From positions 115,183 to 179,182 of the forward strand of contig CALVNW010000001.1 of the NCBI GenBank assembly GCA_944350015.1: a stretch of DNA of 64,000 nucleotides. Direction: 5' to 3'. Each line of letters begins with the position of its first letter. The first letter of the stretch is position 1. The DNA comes from an uncultured Clostridia bacterium. Lineage in GTDB: Bacteria; Bacillota; Clostridia; Christensenellales; UBA1242. Position numbers and translations under genes: made by a program. Below are positions 46,732 through 56,227 of this stretch, piece by piece. The notes under the pieces are model-generated. The model was not told the DNA's origin. It ran no database searches and saw only the letters and a program-made list of their open reading frames with translations.

Positions 46732-46875
46732 TTTTTGAGGCAAATTTTTATATAGCAATAAAAAATATTAGCAAAAACAAATAATAAATAAAGAAAATCA
46801 AAAATTAAATTATACATTGTAATAATTTTGTAGTATTTTAAGATAATAATTGTAAGGAGCAAACTTTAAGTAAAT

Positions 46876-47094
46876 ATGTACTATAATTATCACGCACAAA
46901 TAAAAAAGTTGATATTATCGGGCAGGCTTACCGGCTATAAATTTGTTGATGATTACAATGGTATTCGCCCCGCGCTTGTGCTGTATTTTGACGACCATCG
47001 ACCTATGCCCATCCGAAGTTATAGGTGGGCAGAGTATACAGAGCTACTTATGATGTACTGCGACAAAATCCAAGAAGAGCCGCCTCAAACCTAA
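46876..47094 (+). CDS. hypothetical small protein
   Basis: ORF only. AAGGAG lies 16 nt upstream, which is distant. Confidence 0.35.
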   Translation: MYYNYHAQIKKLILSGRLTGYKFVDDYNGIRPALVLYFDDHRPMPIRSYRWAEYTELLMMYCDKIQEEPPQT

Positions 47095-47240
47095 CTTTAG
47101 GGCTTATAACTAGTATTTTATTTTTAGTTTATAAAATTGTGCCACTGAATGAAAAGTCGCGACATTGTAAAAAGTTGGTTTTGCTAAAACAGCTAAAAGA
47201 GCGATAATATCAAAAAAAATATTTAAATTTTGCATAAATA

Positions 47241-47269
47241 TTGACATTATTTTAAAAGGGTAGTATAAT
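47241..47269 (+). promoter_or_regulatory. consensus promoter TTGACA-17-TATAAT
   Basis: The -35 is at 47241-47246 and the -10 at 47264-47269. AGGAGG and the ATG (47293) follow downstream. Confidence 0.65.
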
Positions 47270-47292
47270 TTAAAATATAGGAGGAAATAAAA

Positions 47293-47631
47293 ATGGCAAC
47301 AAAGAAAACTTCATCAAGTTCATCAAAGTCTACAAAATCAAGTTCTTCTTCAAGTTCATCTAAAAAGACAGTTTGGGGACTTAACAAAATCTCATTTTGG
47401 ACAATTGTAGCGGTAACTTTCTTGTATGCTTTGTCACTTATTTTATCTGCTTGTGGGATAAATATGAAGGTTGTTAGTGCTCTTCAAGGTGTAGCAACTG
47501 CTATTATGATTATAATCGTTGCAGTGCTTGCTTGGCGCTATGTAAGACCAAAGCAAATGGTATGGAAAGTTCTTTATGTAATTTGCTTGCTTATCGTGAT
47601 TGCTGGTATTATAGTTCCACTTGTAATATAA
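47293..47631 (+). CDS. small membrane protein with Ser/Lys-rich N-terminus
   Basis: Strong promoter and RBS. Three predicted TM helices. Confidence 0.65.
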   Translation: MATKKTSSSSSKSTKSSSSSSSSKKTVWGLNKISFWTIVAVTFLYALSLILSACGINMKVVSALQGVATAIMIIIVAVLAWRYVRPKQMVWKVLYVICLLIVIAGIIVPLVI

Positions 47632-47632
47632 T

Positions 47633-47702
47633 AAAAGGCGTTAAAAAACGCTTTTTATTATGTAAAAATTGGTGTTTTATTAAAATAAAGCACCTTTTTT
47701 GT
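47633..47702 (+). terminator. two tandem intrinsic terminators
   Basis: AAAAGGCGTT-aaaa-AACGCTTTTT, then GGTGTTTTAT-taaa-ATAAAGCACC followed by TTTTTT. Confidence 0.6.
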
Positions 47703-47828
47703 TTGAATTAATGTTAAAATGTCCAAACGTCTTGCAATTATTAAAAAATTGTTATATAATATATTTACCTAAACACATTTTTTAATGTATTAGATATATT
47801 TTGTCTTAAAAAGAGGAATATTAATATT

Positions 47829-49847
47829 ATGAAAGCTTGTGAAAGTACTGCAAAGGTAAAAGAGAAAAAGGTCCTCGTCAACAATTTTTTATTTCCACTT
47901 CTCTTTATTGTTTTTGCAATTATTCTTGAAATGGTCAACTTTTTGTACTTAGGTTTTAAGGATTCTGATGGCTCTGTTATGGCGCTACCATCTTATTTTT
48001 TGTTTGATTTTGCCATTATTTTAATGCTTGCAGGACTGATTTATGTTGTCCATAATAGAGTTGCCGTACTTGTACTATTCTTATTTTTTCTTGGCTTGCA
48101 ATGCGCCCTAAACATTGCTAACGCCACAATGTATAACATATTTGGCGACATTCTTTCCTTCGACCTTTTTGTCTTAGGTGGCGAGGCTACGAGCGCAATT
48201 ACTCCTGACGTCATAGACTGGGGCGGGTCATTTTTAAATCTTGGCATATATATCGCGATGGTTGTAGTTGGTGTTTTGCTATTCAAATACAACAAAAGGT
48301 CGATTTCCATCAAAAACTTTTCTATTCCTGTAATACTACTTGCTGTATTTATACTTTTTCAGTCATCTGGGCTAGGACTTTACTCAATATCTCAATCAAC
48401 TTTGGCAGGGTCAGCGCCTGGAGAGACCGAGATTGAAAGTAGTGACAAGTATCTCTGGGATAACTTCCAATTTAAGCTTGAGGCATTCAAGAAGTTTGGC
48501 AACTATGGCTTTTATACAAAGAGTGTGCTAAATTTGATATTTAATCATAAGGCGACAGAGGACGAGCAAGAATATTATTCAAACTATATCGATAGTGGCT
48601 ATCAACCTGAGGATGAAACGGCACCATTGTATGGCGAAAATTTGATTATAATTTTGTGCGAAAGTACCGACTGGTTTGCAATTGACCCGTTTAATACTCC
48701 AACGCTTTATAGCATAGCAAGTGGAAATAGCAGCCTTGTTTTCACAGAGTTTTATGCAAGAAACCGAACAAACAACAGTGAGGGCATTGTCTTAAATGGA
48801 AGTATGCCAAAGAACATATCCTTAAAGGAAGCCTACCATAATGGCTACAACTTTGACTACGCACTTCCTAAGGTGTTTGAGGCGACGACCGATGAAGAGA
48901 CAGTTGCCACATATATCCACAATAATACAAGGGAATATTATGGCAGAGATGTCACGCACGTAGACGGACTTGGATTTGACTATATGTACACAAGAGAAGA
49001 TTACACTGGCGAGCAAGAGTATAAAGGCTGGGGCAAGTGGATGACAGACGTTGACTTTACAAGTAACTTGATGGATAAGGTTATACCAGACAGCGAAAGG
49101 TTCTTCACCTTCATTGCTACGATGGCAACCCACGGACCTTACACCTATACAAATCCTTATTATGAGGAGTACTATCAAACTTTTGATGAAAACTATGAGC
49201 AGTTTGAGGCTTGGTTTACTGAAAATACTCCGTATATAATACCAGAGGACGAGGGCGATTTTGAGCTCTTCCGTCACTACAAATCGGCTGCGATTGACCT
49301 TGATAGAACGGTTGCAAACATCATCTCAGAGCTTGAGAAGAGAGGTAGAGCTGACGATACATCAATAGTGCTTTTTGCAGACCATAATGTATACTATCAC
49401 GACCTCAGTTTAAAGCTCAAGGGCATTGACAAGATTGATTACCAAGAAACCTTTGCCTATAACATTCCTTTTATGATATATAGCCCATCACTTACACAAG
49501 GTGAAGGTCAGATAATAGACACTTTCTGTAACACCTATGATATTTTGCCTACCATTTGCGATTTGTATGGGTTAGCTTACAACAAGAGTTTGCTATTTGG
49601 CTATTCTGTATTCTCTGATGGGATAGAAAACTCTTTCTTTGCCTCGCACCTCAACGGTATGTTTACAGACAATATCTACAGTATGAATATAACCGACGTT
49701 TTCGTTGTTGGCGATAACGTGACCGAAGAAGAGATTGATAGGTTTAGACAAAACGCCAATAAATACTTTAAAAAGCAAGGGGAACTTGAAATAATCTACA
49801 CAAATGGTATAAATGGAACGATAGATATTACTGCAGACTATGTATAA
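47829..49847 (+). CDS. LtaS-like sulfatase-family membrane protein (lipoteichoic acid synthase family)
   Basis: Five N-terminal TM helices, then a sulfatase-type domain (ILCESTDWF, TMATHGPY, FADHN). Confidence 0.7.
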   Translation: MKACESTAKVKEKKVLVNNFLFPLLFIVFAIILEMVNFLYLGFKDSDGSVMALPSYFLFDFAIILMLAGLIYVVHNRVAVLVLFLFFLGLQCALNIANATMYNIFGDILSFDLFVLGGEATSAITPDVIDWGGSFLNLGIYIAMVVVGVLLFKYNKRSISIKNFSIPVILLAVFILFQSSGLGLYSISQSTLAGSAPGETEIESSDKYLWDNFQFKLEAFKKFGNYGFYTKSVLNLIFNHKATEDEQEYYSNYIDSGYQPEDETAPLYGENLIIILCESTDWFAIDPFNTPTLYSIASGNSSLVFTEFYARNRTNNSEGIVLNGSMPKNISLKEAYHNGYNFDYALPKVFEATTDEETVATYIHNNTREYYGRDVTHVDGLGFDYMYTREDYTGEQEYKGWGKWMTDVDFTSNLMDKVIPDSERFFTFIATMATHGPYTYTNPYYEEYYQTFDENYEQFEAWFTENTPYIIPEDEGDFELFRHYKSAAIDLDRTVANIISELEKRGRADDTSIVLFADHNVYYHDLSLKLKGIDKIDYQETFAYNIPFMIYSPSLTQGEGQIIDTFCNTYDILPTICDLYGLAYNKSLLFGYSVFSDGIENSFFASHLNGMFTDNIYSMNITDVFVVGDNVTEEEIDRFRQNANKYFKKQGELEIIYTNGINGTIDITADYV

Positions 49848-49871
49848 CTAAAAAATACTGACATATTTAGA

Positions 49872-49912
49872 TTTTCGAGAATATAAATTACTATGTTCTC
49901 GAAAATTTTTTT
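49872..49912 (+). terminator. intrinsic terminator whose loop contains the alr start codon
   Basis: TTTTCGAGAA (49872-49881) pairs with TTCTCGAAAA (49896-49905), followed by TTTTTTT. The ATG at 49893 lies in the 14-nt loop. Confidence 0.6.
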
Positions 49913-50924
49913 ATCTAAAGAAAATCTACTATATAATGTCAACAAAATAGAGGAGATATCCAAGAAAAAGACCTGTGTAATGATAAAGGCAAACGCATAC
50001 GGCCACGGCACAAAAGAGGTCTTATCGATTTTAAATGATAGAATTGATTTTTTTGGTGTTTCAAATCAAAGCGAAGGGCTTTACGCTAGAAAATATACCA
50101 CAAAGGATGTCATAGTATTTGGCGCCTGTGAGGACTACAAACAATGCATAATAAACAATGTGTCCTTTGCGCTATTTTCCTATGATGACGCAAGAGAAAT
50201 AGTTAAAATTGCCCAAAAGTGTGATTTAAAACCTAAGATGCACCTTTGTATCAATACGGGTATGAATAGGTATGGCGTAAAAACCGAAAAGGAGCTATTA
50301 AAAATCATCTCATTTTTAACTAAAAAGGGCATAGAACTTGCAGGCGTCTATACTCATTTTTCTTCGCTGACCACAGATAGAGAGTATACAGCTTCACAAA
50401 AAGAAAAGTTTTGCAGTATGCTAAAACTTATACCAAAAAACTGGAACCCTTTGTTGCACGTGGGTGGCGGACGAAGTATTTTCGAACAGGTTGATGCCGA
50501 TATGTTTAGAGTAGGGCTTGAGGTCTACGGTTATGGTAATGAATTTGTCAAACCCGTCCTTCGAGTTGAAAGTGAGATTGTCGATTTGCAAAGAGTTGGC
50601 GCTAATGAGCATATTGGTTACCTTTGCGGTTACACTGCAAAAGAAGATATGGTTATAGCGACCGTTCCACTAGGTTATGGAGACGGTTTGCCAAGGAAGC
50701 TGTCAAACAAATTAAGAGTTAAAATAAACGGCAAAGAGACAGTAAATGTCGGCAATATCTGTATGGATGCCTTTATGGTTGATGTCACAAATTTGCCTTG
50801 TAAGAAGGGTGACAGGGTTGACATTATGAGAAATGCGAGCGAACTTGCACCGCTTATTGAAAGCACCGAATATGAGGTTTTGACGAACCTTGGTAGATTC
50901 CGAGGTGAGAGGATAATAGATTAA
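49893..50924 (+). CDS. alr: alanine racemase
   Basis: MIKANAYGHG (PLP lysine motif) and overall Alr-like length. Confidence 0.85.
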   Translation: MFSKIFLSKENLLYNVNKIEEISKKKTCVMIKANAYGHGTKEVLSILNDRIDFFGVSNQSEGLYARKYTTKDVIVFGACEDYKQCIINNVSFALFSYDDAREIVKIAQKCDLKPKMHLCINTGMNRYGVKTEKELLKIISFLTKKGIELAGVYTHFSSLTTDREYTASQKEKFCSMLKLIPKNWNPLLHVGGGRSIFEQVDADMFRVGLEVYGYGNEFVKPVLRVESEIVDLQRVGANEHIGYLCGYTAKEDMVIATVPLGYGDGLPRKLSNKLRVKINGKETVNVGNICMDAFMVDVTNLPCKKGDRVDIMRNASELAPLIESTEYEVLTNLGRFRGERIID

Positions 50925-50977
50925 GTCTTTAAAACTTTATATAAAATCGCCAAATAAGAGGCTTTATAAATAATATC

Positions 50978-51006
50978 TTTACAAAATTTCTTAAATATGC
51001 TATAAT
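50978..51006 (+). promoter_or_regulatory. promoter TTTACA-17-TGcTATAAT placed for a leaderless transcript
   Basis: The -10 is at 51001-51006. The second ATG (51013) begins 7 nt after the last base of the -10. The first ATG abuts the -10. Confidence 0.55.
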
Positions 51007-51012
51007 ATGACT

Positions 51013-51678
51013 ATGGATAAAGAAAAGTTTAGCGTAAAAGAGGAATTAAAAAACGAGCTCCGCGAGAGCGTTCCCTACAATATTACGCCACAAGATTTGG
51101 AAATAGACGACGCCATAGTTGACAAATACACAAGTTCGGTCTTTGCAAAATTTAAAAAGGGCGAGACTAACAATAGGTGGTTCACGGCATCTGGCATACT
51201 TTCAATTTTGTTTGGTGTGATTGCTTTTTTGACGATAACAATTATTGCCATTGTATTTGCTGTGCGCCCTGAGCTTATCGTAGGTGATGGCGACTTTGAA
51301 AGCGTGCGTACAAAAATCATTATAAGCTGTGTGATTGTGCCAATCGTTGCAATAATAAGTATCATTGTTGGCGCAAAGATAAAGTCATACTCAAAATATT
51401 CAAAGGTAAAGTTGATAGATAATGTGGTCTCCATTTCGGTTATGATTGTGCTTCAATTCTTGTTTGGCGGGCTTATATTTTCTGCGCTCACAATAGTTGG
51501 ATATTTTGTTGGTATTGGCTCAGATTATGGCGCTATTTACTACAATAAGGTTGACAACCCATCAACTCAAGTACGACGTCTTGCCGACGCTAAAAAACTT
51601 TTTCAAGATGGCGTCATAGATGAACAGGAATTTAAGAGGTTAAAAGAACATATTTTAAGGGAAAGCGATTTTGAATAA
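51013..51678 (+). CDS. membrane protein with C-terminal SHOCT domain
   Basis: Four TM helices. The C-terminus RLADAKKLFQDGVIDEQEFKRLKEHIL is SHOCT-like. The start was moved to 51013. Confidence 0.7.
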   Translation: MDKEKFSVKEELKNELRESVPYNITPQDLEIDDAIVDKYTSSVFAKFKKGETNNRWFTASGILSILFGVIAFLTITIIAIVFAVRPELIVGDGDFESVRTKIIISCVIVPIVAIISIIVGAKIKSYSKYSKVKLIDNVVSISVMIVLQFLFGGLIFSALTIVGYFVGIGSDYGAIYYNKVDNPSTQVRRLADAKKLFQDGVIDEQEFKRLKEHILRESDFE

Positions 51679-51684
51679 GCTAGT

Positions 51685-51782
51685 GGAGACTTGTATGGGA
51701 CTTGCCTCGCAAGTCCCATTGTTTTGTTTTTGAAACAAAAACAAAACGCTGTTTGCAAAGATTGCAAACAGCACAAGTCTCT
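51685..51782. other. ~100-nt four-way junction of perfect palindromes (probable bidirectional terminator module)
   Basis: Outer stem 51685-51694/51773-51782. Arm 1 is 51697-51717 (9 bp), arm 2 is 51721-51747 (12 bp, T/A-rich), arm 3 is 51748-51772 (11 bp). All three loops are 3 nt. Confidence 0.7.
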
Positions 51783-51931
51783 AGGATGGAATAAAATTTT
51801 ATAATTATGTTAAAATTCCTCATTTTATTTTAGTTTACTTCTCATTTAAAGCATTTTTTAAGAGGAATGAATATAATTTTATAATTATATCAAAAAATTT
51901 TTAATCAATTAAAACTCATCATTTTTATACT

Positions 51932-53113
51932 CTATTCATCAGCATAGTTATTAAAATAGCCTTTTATAAGCACAATTGGTGTGCCTTTATCGCCACTACC
52001 ACTTGTAAGGTCGGCTAGAGAGCCAAGCAAATCGGTGATTCTTCTAGGAGTTGTGCCTAGCGAGATGTTTTGATTTTTAAGGTCCTTTGACTTTTTGCTG
52101 ATTATCTCTTTCATTGCCTTTTCTGCCTCTTTGCCACTGAGGTTTGCAATTTGAGTATCTGCAACGTATTTAAGTTTAATCTCATTTGGTGTGCCTTTGA
52201 GGCCATCAGTAAATGCAGGTGAAACAACAGGGTCAGCAAGCTCCCAAATACCGCCAACAGGGTCTTTAAAAGCGCCGTCTCCATAGACCATACATTCAAT
52301 ATCTTTGCCACATTCTTCTTTAAATCTACTTTGAAGTTTTGTTACAAAAGTTTTGGTATCTCTTGGGAAAAGCTTTAAAACTTCATCAGTGGAGAGGTTG
52401 GAGCCAAGTACGCCAAACTCTTCGTTATATCCGCATCCATCAACTGAGCTATTTAAAATCTCGTCAAGAGTGATAACCTTTTTAGCCCCGCGCTTTAAAA
52501 GTAAATCTTTGTTTCGCTGGCGAGAGTGGATGTCGGCAGAGATCACCTTCTTTGTATATTTTAGAATAGTGGTAGGGTCATTAGAAAGAATTATTTTGCA
52601 TTTGTCACCACAAATTTTCTTGTAGAAATCAATATAGTCAAGCCCAGTGAAAGGGTGCTCAATCTTGCCCACTGTTTTATAGAATTTTTCTTCTGAAAAA
52701 GTTTTATTAAAATTTGTGATGCCAAGCTCATATAACTTATCAATAGAAACAAGAGGGTTGCCAACCTCATCAAAAGGATAGGAAAGTTGCAAGACAATAT
52801 TGTCGCATCCTCTTGCAATGCCTTTTAAAATATTTGAAAAACGATTGCGTGATAAGATTGGAAAGATTACACCAATCGTGCCTTCGCCCATCTTGTTTCG
52901 CACATCCTTTGCAATATCATCAACGCTTGCAAAGTTGCCTTGACTTTTTGCAACAACCGCCTCAGTCACAGCGACTATATCTCTGTCGTTTAAGGTAAGC
53001 TTTGCCTCTTTGACAGCCTTTAAAACACTTTCAACGGTTATCTCAACAAGATTGTCTCCTTTTCTAATAATAGGCGCTTTAACGCCAAGTGAAATTGTAC
53101 CTATATTTTTCAT
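51932..53113 (-). CDS. CofE-like (F420-0:gamma-glutamyl ligase family) protein
   Basis: The N-terminal pattern PIIRKGDNL...DRDIVAVTEAVVAKSQGN is typical of the CofE/F420-ligase fold. AAGGAG RBS. Confidence 0.5.
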   Translation of the reverse strand: MKNIGTISLGVKAPIIRKGDNLVEITVESVLKAVKEAKLTLNDRDIVAVTEAVVAKSQGNFASVDDIAKDVRNKMGEGTIGVIFPILSRNRFSNILKGIARGCDNIVLQLSYPFDEVGNPLVSIDKLYELGITNFNKTFSEEKFYKTVGKIEHPFTGLDYIDFYKKICGDKCKIILSNDPTTILKYTKKVISADIHSRQRNKDLLLKRGAKKVITLDEILNSSVDGCGYNEEFGVLGSNLSTDEVLKLFPRDTKTFVTKLQSRFKEECGKDIECMVYGDGAFKDPVGGIWELADPVVSPAFTDGLKGTPNEIKLKYVADTQIANLSGKEAEKAMKEIISKKSKDLKNQNISLGTTPRRITDLLGSLADLTSGSGDKGTPIVLIKGYFNNYADE

Positions 53114-53266
53114 TTTATCTCCTTACTTAGATATATTAACATAAATTGTGATAATTTAAAAATTTTTTTATAGTTTTTATGTAAAATAATAAAAAATAAT
53201 TATATAAAAAGCCTTGAATAATAATAAAATAAATGATATAATAATATCACAAAAGGAGAGTGTAAT

Positions 53267-53698
53267 ATGTGGTTTTTCGGTAAGAAAAAGAAAGAGAAGA
53301 AGGTAGAGACAAACAGTCAAGAAGTTCAGGAAGAAAAAGTTTCAAAAGAGGATGAGGAACAAGAAAAGACTGAAACAAAAACTTCAAGTAAAAGTATGCA
53401 AAACAAGACCAAAACAGAGAAAACTAATCAATCAAATGCAAAAGAAGAAAAGGGGGAAGAGGTGGAAGAGAAACAAAAGAAAGCCGTTTACCGTGTAATC
53501 TTTGACAAAGAGGATAAGCTTTGGAAGATTAAGAAGGACGGCGCAAAGCGTGTCATCGACAGCAAGAAGACCAAGGAAGAGGCACTAGAGAGAGTTCAAG
53601 AGCTAAGCAAAAGTCAAGACTCAAGCTTTGTAGTTTACAAAAAGGACGGCAAGTTCCAAAAGAAAGCTAACTTAAAACTCAAAAATAACGACGAATAA
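53267..53698 (+). CDS. Lys/Glu-rich protein with C-terminal DUF2188-like domain
   Basis: YRVIFDKEDKLWKIKKDGAKRVIDSKKTKEEALERVQEL pattern. Confidence 0.55.
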   Translation: MWFFGKKKKEKKVETNSQEVQEEKVSKEDEEQEKTETKTSSKSMQNKTKTEKTNQSNAKEEKGEEVEEKQKKAVYRVIFDKEDKLWKIKKDGAKRVIDSKKTKEEALERVQELSKSQDSSFVVYKKDGKFQKKANLKLKNNDE

Positions 53699-53719
53699 AT
53701 AAGTTGACCAGATTTAATA

Positions 53720-53744
53720 TGCTCAAAATTTGAGCAGATTTTTT
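53720..53744 (+). terminator. intrinsic terminator
   Basis: TGCTCAA-aat-TTGAGCA followed by GATTTTTT. Confidence 0.55.
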
Positions 53745-53850
53745 GCGTAATAAAGTTAACAGTAAAAACAGACTTTTAAATTAAAGATTTTCGCATAAAC
53801 AAGCATTATTTTACGAAAAATAAGAATAAATTTGTGTATATGAGGTTGAA

Positions 53851-55188
53851 ATGGAGAAAGAAATATTTACGACTAAGGAAGGAATAGAGGTAATCTATCA
53901 GCATGTAAAAAATGTAAACGGAGTAGTCTTTGAAATTCACTTTAAAGCAGGCGGGCTAAATGACCCGAAAGGCAAGGCAGGGCTTGCTCATTTTTGCGAG
54001 CACGCTATTATGGGGTTTTCAACCGACAGGCATACAAGAGCTGAAAGAGTGGAAGGGAGAAGAAAGTTTAGAAGCATTAATGCCTACACTTCAAATTATG
54101 AAGTTGTTTTTTGGACGGGAACCACATTGAATAAACTCGATGATGCAGTTGACTATTTGACTGAAGGCTTTGAGTGCATAAAATTTGATAAAGAGAATTT
54201 TGACTCTGAGTACAAGATAATCTACGATGAACTCAAAACAAGAAATAAGCAAAATAAATTTCTTTTGTCTTATATTTGGGCGCATAAACTTTCGCTAGAC
54301 CCAAGAGATAATAATCTTGAGTATAGTTTGGTTGGAAGTGAAGAGAGTCTATCTAATATCACGCTTGAGGATATAGTAAAATACTCTCACGACTACTTCA
54401 ACTTAGAAAATATGACGATAAATGCAAGTGGTGCTACAACCAAAAGAGACCTAGAGCGCGTTATTTCAAAGTATATAGCAAAAAGGGTTTATAAGTCAGG
54501 CAAGATTGGCTTTAAGAGAGGTGATAATCTTGGCTATAGCGATAAACCAATGTATTGCTACGAAAAATCTCTCGAAGAGGGGAAGGCGCTAGTCAATATT
54601 AGCTATCAACTTGAAAATCAAGACTATAGCGATTACTATAACAGAGAAGAAAGTGTCTTCCATCGCGTAATGACCAAAGTGCTTTCAAATAATGCAAACT
54701 ATTATTTTAGAACAACTAAAGAGTTATGTTATGGATGTGGCACACAAATATATAGAACATACAACAAAATTATGTTTGATTTTTTCATCCAATGCCAGCA
54801 AGATAATGTTCAAAAGGTGTTAGACGAATTTCCAGAATATATCAGCAATGTCATAAGCGAGTTTACTGAGGAGCGTTTTGAGAAGGCACGAGAAACAATA
54901 CTTGAGGGCTTTAAGTTCGATGTTTCAACCATATGGGACTGGGTGGATGCAAACTATAGGCAGGTTGAAAGGTACGGCAATCTCCTAGGCAACACCATAA
55001 AAGAAGAAGATGAGTTTTATATTAACGCCTATAACTCTGTAAAATTTGAGTCTGCAGTGAAAGAACTTGAAAAACTTCAAAATGTTAAGCCGACAATTAT
55101 AATTATAAGCAATGATGAAAAATATAAAGATTTTGACTATAATAATTACAGCAAAAAAATTACTTTCAAAAAAATTGCTTATAAATAA
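53851..55188 (+). CDS. M16-family (insulinase-like) zinc peptidase
   Basis: Inverted zinc motif HFCEH (HxxEH) near the N-terminus. ~445 aa. Confidence 0.75.
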   Translation: MEKEIFTTKEGIEVIYQHVKNVNGVVFEIHFKAGGLNDPKGKAGLAHFCEHAIMGFSTDRHTRAERVEGRRKFRSINAYTSNYEVVFWTGTTLNKLDDAVDYLTEGFECIKFDKENFDSEYKIIYDELKTRNKQNKFLLSYIWAHKLSLDPRDNNLEYSLVGSEESLSNITLEDIVKYSHDYFNLENMTINASGATTKRDLERVISKYIAKRVYKSGKIGFKRGDNLGYSDKPMYCYEKSLEEGKALVNISYQLENQDYSDYYNREESVFHRVMTKVLSNNANYYFRTTKELCYGCGTQIYRTYNKIMFDFFIQCQQDNVQKVLDEFPEYISNVISEFTEERFEKARETILEGFKFDVSTIWDWVDANYRQVERYGNLLGNTIKEEDEFYINAYNSVKFESAVKELEKLQNVKPTIIIISNDEKYKDFDYNNYSKKITFKKIAYK

Positions 55189-55261
55189 TTTAAAACTAAT
55201 TAATTATTAAAAAATATTTTATAAAAAATTAAGAAAGATAAAAAAATATGATAATTACAAT

Positions 55262-55300
55262 AAAAAATCACATAAATTGAGTATTTTATGTGATTTTTTT
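55262..55300. terminator. bidirectional intrinsic terminator between convergent genes
   Basis: ATCACATAAA...TTTATGTGAT stem flanked by an A run and a T run. Confidence 0.6.
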
Positions 55301-55466
55301 GATAAATAATTAAAAAATTTAAGAATATCAATTATTTTCATCAAATTGATGTTAAAAACTAAATTAAAATTAAAAATGTTTAAATTAATTTTAATATTAA
55401 TTAAATTAAAATTAAAATATAAAAATATCTAATAAATTAAAATTAAATTAACAATAAAATATATTT

Positions 55467-56111
55467 TTAATTTAAAAATTGCGGTATTTTCTCATTTAAA
55501 ACCTTGATTATTTCATTAAATATTTCATCTATTGATTTTGTAGCATCAATACAATAAAACCTATCACTTTCAATTTTAGAAATATAGTCATAGCCTGCCT
55601 GAACTTTTTTATGAAACTCAAGTCCTTCACTTTCAATTCTGTCTAATTTTTCTTCCATCTTATTTTTTCGTGCAAATGCCTCTTCGGGTGAAAGCTTAAA
55701 ATAAAAAGTGAGGTCTGGCTTGACATCTCCAATAATTTTTTTGGTAAGGGCAAGCAAATCTTCGACAGGCATAATGTTACGCGCTGAACACTGGTAGGCA
55801 ATTGTCGAGTCGTAAAATCTATCTGCAATCACAACTTTACCTTGACTAAGTGCTGGCAAAATTCGCTTTTGGACGTTTTCAACCCTTGAGGCGCAAAGTA
55901 GTAAAAGCTCTGTCATTGGCAGGGGACTATCAACTTCATAGTCAAGTATAAGTCTGCGTAGCTCGTCAGTAAGTGGCGTGCCACCAGGCTCTCGAGCAAA
56001 GACAAAATTATCAGCATTCTTTAAAGAGGAAACATATTCCTTAAGTCTTTTGATTTGCGTTGACTTTCCGCAACCTTCTCCGCCTTCAAAGGAGATAAAG
56101 TAACCTTTCAT
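55467..56111 (-). CDS. tmk: thymidylate kinase (canonical)
   Basis: FISFEGGEGCGKSTQ, REPGGT and DRFYDSTIAYQ motifs. The start is set at MKGYF after AGGAG. Confidence 0.9.
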   Translation of the reverse strand: MKGYFISFEGGEGCGKSTQIKRLKEYVSSLKNADNFVFAREPGGTPLTDELRRLILDYEVDSPLPMTELLLLCASRVENVQKRILPALSQGKVVIADRFYDSTIAYQCSARNIMPVEDLLALTKKIIGDVKPDLTFYFKLSPEEAFARKNKMEEKLDRIESEGLEFHKKVQAGYDYISKIESDRFYCIDATKSIDEIFNEIIKVLNEKIPQFLN

Positions 56112-56227
56112 ATGCACTCCTAATAAAAGCTTTGTTAAAAATTTTAACAAAGCTATTTTTAAAATTTTAAGTTTTTTGCATTTATGAGTTTTTTGTTTTT
56201 AGTTAAAATTTAAAAATAATAATTTAC

